A program made the translations under genes and the position numbers. A model generated the notes under the pieces. It had not been told where the DNA came from and searched no databases. It saw only the letters and a list, made by a program, of their open reading frames with translations. Below are positions 8,101 through 10,689 of a stretch of DNA of 10,689 bases, one piece after another. This DNA is from a bacterium (lineage in GTDB: Bacteria; Hydrothermota; 32-111): assembly GCA_046484245.1 (NCBI GenBank), contig JAWOBN010000010.1:1-10689 (forward strand). Direction: 5' to 3'. How positions within the stretch are numbered: position 1 is the stretch's first letter; every line of letters starts with the position of its first letter.

Positions 8101-8140
8101 TCCAACTCCCAGGGACGGTCCTTTATATTGTAGACATTAT
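8101..8140 (+). repeat. Left inverted repeat of the cassette
   Basis: TCCAACTCCCAGGGACGGTCCTTTATATTGTAGACATTAT; ends 3 bp from the ORF stop codon. Confidence 0.92.
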
Positions 8141-8143
8141 CAT

Positions 8144-8959
8144 TTACTCACGGTTAATGATTTTATTCAATGTTGTTCTGTGCATACCAAGTGCCCCGGA
8201 GATTGCTCCCTGTGAATATCCCCGAAACTTCATTTCCTCTACAATTTTTCTGATTTTCTTTTTTTCTTTTTGACTTCTTAATCTGTGCTTTTCAAATACG
8301 TCTTTATCAAGTTTATATTTCTTTAGTAATGTATCTAATAATTTGTTTAATTCATGGATTCTTTTCTCTTTATTTTTACTCTTTTCTCTTCCCGGTTTTC
8401 TTTTTAATAATGCAAGATATTCCACTTTACTGCCTATACTATCTTCATAACATTCATAATCCCTTTCCCTTATTTTATTATTATAATTATATTTAACTAA
8501 TTCCTCAATATAGGAATGACCACCATTATAATATTTCACACTGGAAAAAGGATAATCTCTGAAATCATTTATTTCATCGTGCTCTTGTGGAAGATAGTGA
8601 ATACTGTTGATCACAATCGGGATATTATATTCTTCATTAAGTATTATATAACTATCGTATCTGCCCTGATGCACATGTCCAACTGTTTCATACTTCTTAT
8701 TGAAGTATATTGCATAGGCTGTCTCCAGTTTGCTCATAAAAGTCTTCAGGGGAGTATTGTGTCTATAGACCAATAACTGATATTCTGTTCTTGTTACACT
8801 GTAAGCAAATAAGCTGATATCAGTGTCATCCAATACCTGTTTCAGAATATTTATAAATGCTCCCATATCATCATTACTGAAAAACATTGGGTTATCTCTC
8901 TGTCCCTTAACGATAATTAGATAATGATATCCCTCTTTATCAATCCTCGCTCTTTTCAT
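8144..8959 (-). CDS. Y1/RAYT (IS200-like HUH) transposase homolog with C-terminal HTH; catalytic residues substituted
   Basis: Scaffold motifs are retained: R.RI...G..Y...KG....F, FAYS......LLV, L..FM..L...YA.YFNKKY..VGHV.QGRY.S and DYPFSS..YY. AYCLMxNHxHLL is replaced by AYSVTRTEYQLL and YIHxNP by SIHYLP. C-terminal HTH: YSQGAISGALGMHRTTLNKII. Confidence 0.85.
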   Translation of the reverse strand: MKRARIDKEGYHYLIIVKGQRDNPMFFSNDDMGAFINILKQVLDDTDISLFAYSVTRTEYQLLVYRHNTPLKTFMSKLETAYAIYFNKKYETVGHVHQGRYDSYIILNEEYNIPIVINSIHYLPQEHDEINDFRDYPFSSVKYYNGGHSYIEELVKYNYNNKIRERDYECYEDSIGSKVEYLALLKRKPGREKSKNKEKRIHELNKLLDTLLKKYKLDKDVFEKHRLRSQKEKKKIRKIVEEMKFRGYSQGAISGALGMHRTTLNKIINRE

Positions 8960-8965
8960 AATAAT

Positions 8966-8994
8966 ATTTTAGCATATAATGTCTACAATTTCAA
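8966..8994 (-). promoter_or_regulatory. Sigma70-type promoter overlapping the right repeat, predicted to give a leaderless mRNA
   Basis: TTGAAA (8994-8989), 17 bp spacer, TGc-TAAAAT (8971-8966), then 6 nt to the ATG (8959). No SD. Confidence 0.75.
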
Positions 8995-9015
8995 GGAACG
9001 TCCCCGGGAATTGGA
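8976..9015 (-). repeat. Right inverted repeat of the cassette
   Basis: The reverse complement is TCCAATTCCCGGGGACGTTCCTTGAAATTGTAGACATTAT, with 5 mismatches to the left copy. Confidence 0.92.
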
Positions 9016-9091
9016 TAGAATATTTGTAAGGGGAGGTGATTTCGGGGGTTATGGGGGTTTTGGGCTGTTTTGCTCAAAATCTATTTGTATC

Positions 9092-9601
9092 TTAACCCTC
9101 CGTCCCTCCGGTAAGTATTGTTTTCCTTGCACTTAGGAAAAAAGATTGGGCCTCTTGGGTTTTGTAGTCGGGGTATGTCCATCTGAGGTAGTCAAAGCCG
9201 TTTTTCTTGAACATGAAGGTTACTTCTGCGAATATGCCCTCGCCCATGTATATTCTGTGGGAGTAATTCTTTGTGGTGAGGAGCTGGACATTGCTCACAG
9301 TGACAATGCCGGGGTCAATATTGACCATTCTGTTTGAATGCCTGCGGAATGTATCCTCAAGATTATTGGTCATTATCTTCTTCTCATAGAAATTCTCCGG
9401 GTCAGGGGGATTTTTGAAGAGCAGCCATTCCCTTGTCACTTCCCCGCCCAGTTCACTGTCATAATAACCGGAAAATGCGGAGAAATTGAGTGTATCGGAA
9501 TAATTTTCAATATCGCCGAATATATCAACGAGCTGGGCAACTGCATTATTGCGGTAATTGATGTCATTGTAGAGCAGTCCGGTAAATAATTTCAGTTTCA
9601 T
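9092..9601 (-). CDS. DUF4416-family protein
   Basis: Motifs YY..ELG, K..TN.LE, R.VNIDPG, TTKNYSHRIY...GIFAEVT and WTYPDY are characteristic of DUF4416. ATGA overlap with the pilD stop. Confidence 0.82.
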   Translation of the reverse strand: MKLKLFTGLLYNDINYRNNAVAQLVDIFGDIENYSDTLNFSAFSGYYDSELGGEVTREWLLFKNPPDPENFYEKKIMTNNLEDTFRRHSNRMVNIDPGIVTVSNVQLLTTKNYSHRIYMGEGIFAEVTFMFKKNGFDYLRWTYPDYKTQEAQSFFLSARKTILTGGTEG

Positions 9602-10380
9602 ACAATCAATCCTCTCAGTATATTGCTCATTAAAAATGCAATAAAACAGCCCATTGAGAGGAATGGAATGAATGGTATCTCCGGGTCATTGTTCTCTTTT
9701 CGCACAGCATAGTAGAACACTATACCGGTTATGCCTGCAAAAATCAGTGCAAAGAAGAATGCTTCATAGCCGAGAATCAGTCCCATAAGTCCTGCAATAT
9801 ATATGTCAGCTTCGCCCATTGCCTCTCTCTTCATCATCCGTGTTGCAAGAAAGCGCACCACAGCAAACAGCACTGCTCCTGCAGCCAGGCCTATAAGAGC
9901 ACCGGCAAGGGGCAGCTGATAGCCTGATTCAATGAACTGTATGTCGGTCATATACCTCAGCAGATAGAGCAGTCCTATGAAACCGGCAGGCACAAAGAGA
10001 GACCATACATTGATCTCCTTGAAGAAGAGGTCAATAAACGACAGTACAATGAGGAAGGAGAATGCAGCTGTGTAAACAATGAATGAGGCATTGAGGCCTG
10101 TTCTGATAAATACTGCAAGGAATACAATGCCTGTAAGCATTTCCACAGACGGATACAGGGGGCTTATCGGCTCTCTGCAGTACCTGCATTTGCCCCGCAG
10201 AATCATATATGAAAGAACAGGAATATTGTCATACCACTTGATTTTCGTGCTGCATGACGGGCATGCTGAGGGTGGTGAAACAATGGATTTCTTCCTCGGC
10301 AATCTGTATATAAGCACATTGAAGAATGAACCGAACATCAGACCGAGAATGAATATGAAAACTGCATAAATAATTGTCAC
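9598..10380 (-). CDS. pilD: Type IV prepilin peptidase / N-methyltransferase (A24A)
   Basis: GSFFNVLIYRLP, Zn-binding cysteines SACPSC...GKCRYC, WYDNIPVLSY, YPSVE, catalytic aspartates in FIDL and MGEAD, and C-terminal IPFIPFL. GTG start overlaps the upstream stop (GTGA). Confidence 0.93.
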   Translation of the reverse strand: MTIIYAVFIFILGLMFGSFFNVLIYRLPRKKSIVSPPSACPSCSTKIKWYDNIPVLSYMILRGKCRYCREPISPLYPSVEMLTGIVFLAVFIRTGLNASFIVYTAAFSFLIVLSFIDLFFKEINVWSLFVPAGFIGLLYLLRYMTDIQFIESGYQLPLAGALIGLAAGAVLFAVVRFLATRMMKREAMGEADIYIAGLMGLILGYEAFFFALIFAGITGIVFYYAVRKENNDPEIPFIPFLSMGCFIAFLMSNILRGLIV

Positions 10381-10689
10381 TGTGACCTCTCTACAATAAC
10401 CGAATCCCCGCTTATACTTGCGTCAATGGCAAAGGGGAAGAAATCATATTTGCTTAGTTCATTATTGATTACTTTAACTGCCTGCTCTCTGGGCATGTCA
10501 TCCAGCACTTTATTGAATACCCTGCTGACAATTGCAGTTATGTTTTTTTCCGCCTTTTCCTTTTCATACCTGTTGTCGGAATCCTCATATATTTTTGACC
10601 ACATCCTCAGGGCTGTCTTGTAATCACCGCCCTTTTCCTTGGATGCTGCTGCAAATGTCTTGCAGTAATAGGGTGCATCGGGTTTTGTT
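10377..10689 (-). CDS. C-terminal part of a TPR-like/helical hypothetical protein (5' end outside the window)
   Basis: The frame of the 75-aa track ORF stays open to the window edge: ...TKPDAPYYCKTFAAASKEKGGDYKTALRMWSKIYEDSDNRYEKEKAEKNI... Its stop overlaps the pilD start. Confidence 0.75.
   Translation of the reverse strand, partial: TKPDAPYYCKTFAAASKEKGGDYKTALRMWSKIYEDSDNRYEKEKAEKNITAIVSRVFNKVLDDMPREQAVKVINNELSKYDFFPFAIDASISGDSVIVERSQ

Larger units (their letters stand above)
8101..9015. mobile_element. Inverted-repeat-bounded cassette carrying a Y1/RAYT-like transposase homolog (probably non-autonomous or domesticated)
   Basis: 40-bp inverted repeats (35/40 identical) closely bracket a single AT-rich Y1_Tnp-like ORF. 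No convincing target-site duplication. Confidence 0.7.

Noticed and set aside
8144..8959. Calling the Y1-like gene a pseudogene or an active IS200/IS605 element
   Set aside because: The frame, promoter and HTH are intact, so it is not an evident pseudogene. The catalytic residues are missing and no tnpB is present, so it is not an evident autonomous IS.
8961..8990. Resemblance of TTTTAGCATAT-AATGTC to a XerD arm or dif site
   Set aside because: The match is only partial, there is no proper XerC arm at 6-bp spacing, and the sequence is fully explained by the extended -10 promoter.
8091..9023. GAATAT direct repeat (8091-8096 and 9018-9023) as a possible target-site duplication
   Set aside because: It does not abut the repeats symmetrically (4 bp versus 2 bp away), it is an AT-rich 6-mer likely to occur by chance, and Y1 enzymes do not generate TSDs.
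9313..9326. Perfect 14-bp palindrome GGTCAATATTGACC
   Set aside because: It lies within the conserved VNIDP coding motif of DUF4416, is a single copy, and has no regulatory context.
9..10623. All plus-strand ORFs in the track (e.g. 9-383, 1039-1488, 3011-3697, 8924-9136)
   Set aside because: They lie antisense to well-supported genes, have Ser/Phe/Ile-rich shadow composition, and show no recognisable motifs or RBS.
1..10689. CRISPR arrays, tRNA or rRNA genes, tandem repeat arrays
   Set aside because: Intergenic gaps are all under about 135 bp and are accounted for. No repeat-spacer periodicity or cloverleaf motifs were seen.

Overview
Bacterial chromosomal window in which every real gene is on the minus strand. 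In transcription order (right to left): the 3' part of a TPR-like gene, prepilin peptidase pilD and a DUF4416-like gene (translationally coupled); a 915-bp cassette (8101-9015) bounded by 40-bp inverted repeats; a membrane-anchored D-glucuronyl C5-epimerase-family gene; an uncharacterised lipoprotein; and a long operon TPR-lipoprotein, rplM, rpsI, [S2 leader RNA], rpsB, tsf, pyrH, frr, uppS, cdsA (partial, absent from the ORF track). The most notable element is the cassette. It encodes an intact Y1/RAYT-type HUH transposase homolog with a C-terminal HTH, but both HUH histidines and the catalytic tyrosine are substituted. It appears to be expressed leaderless from a sigma70-type promoter built into its own right repeat, and it is flanked by DNA with a strand-specific G+T skew. 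It may be a domesticated, nuclease-dead DNA-binding module. All family calls come from motif recognition by eye; no database search was run.
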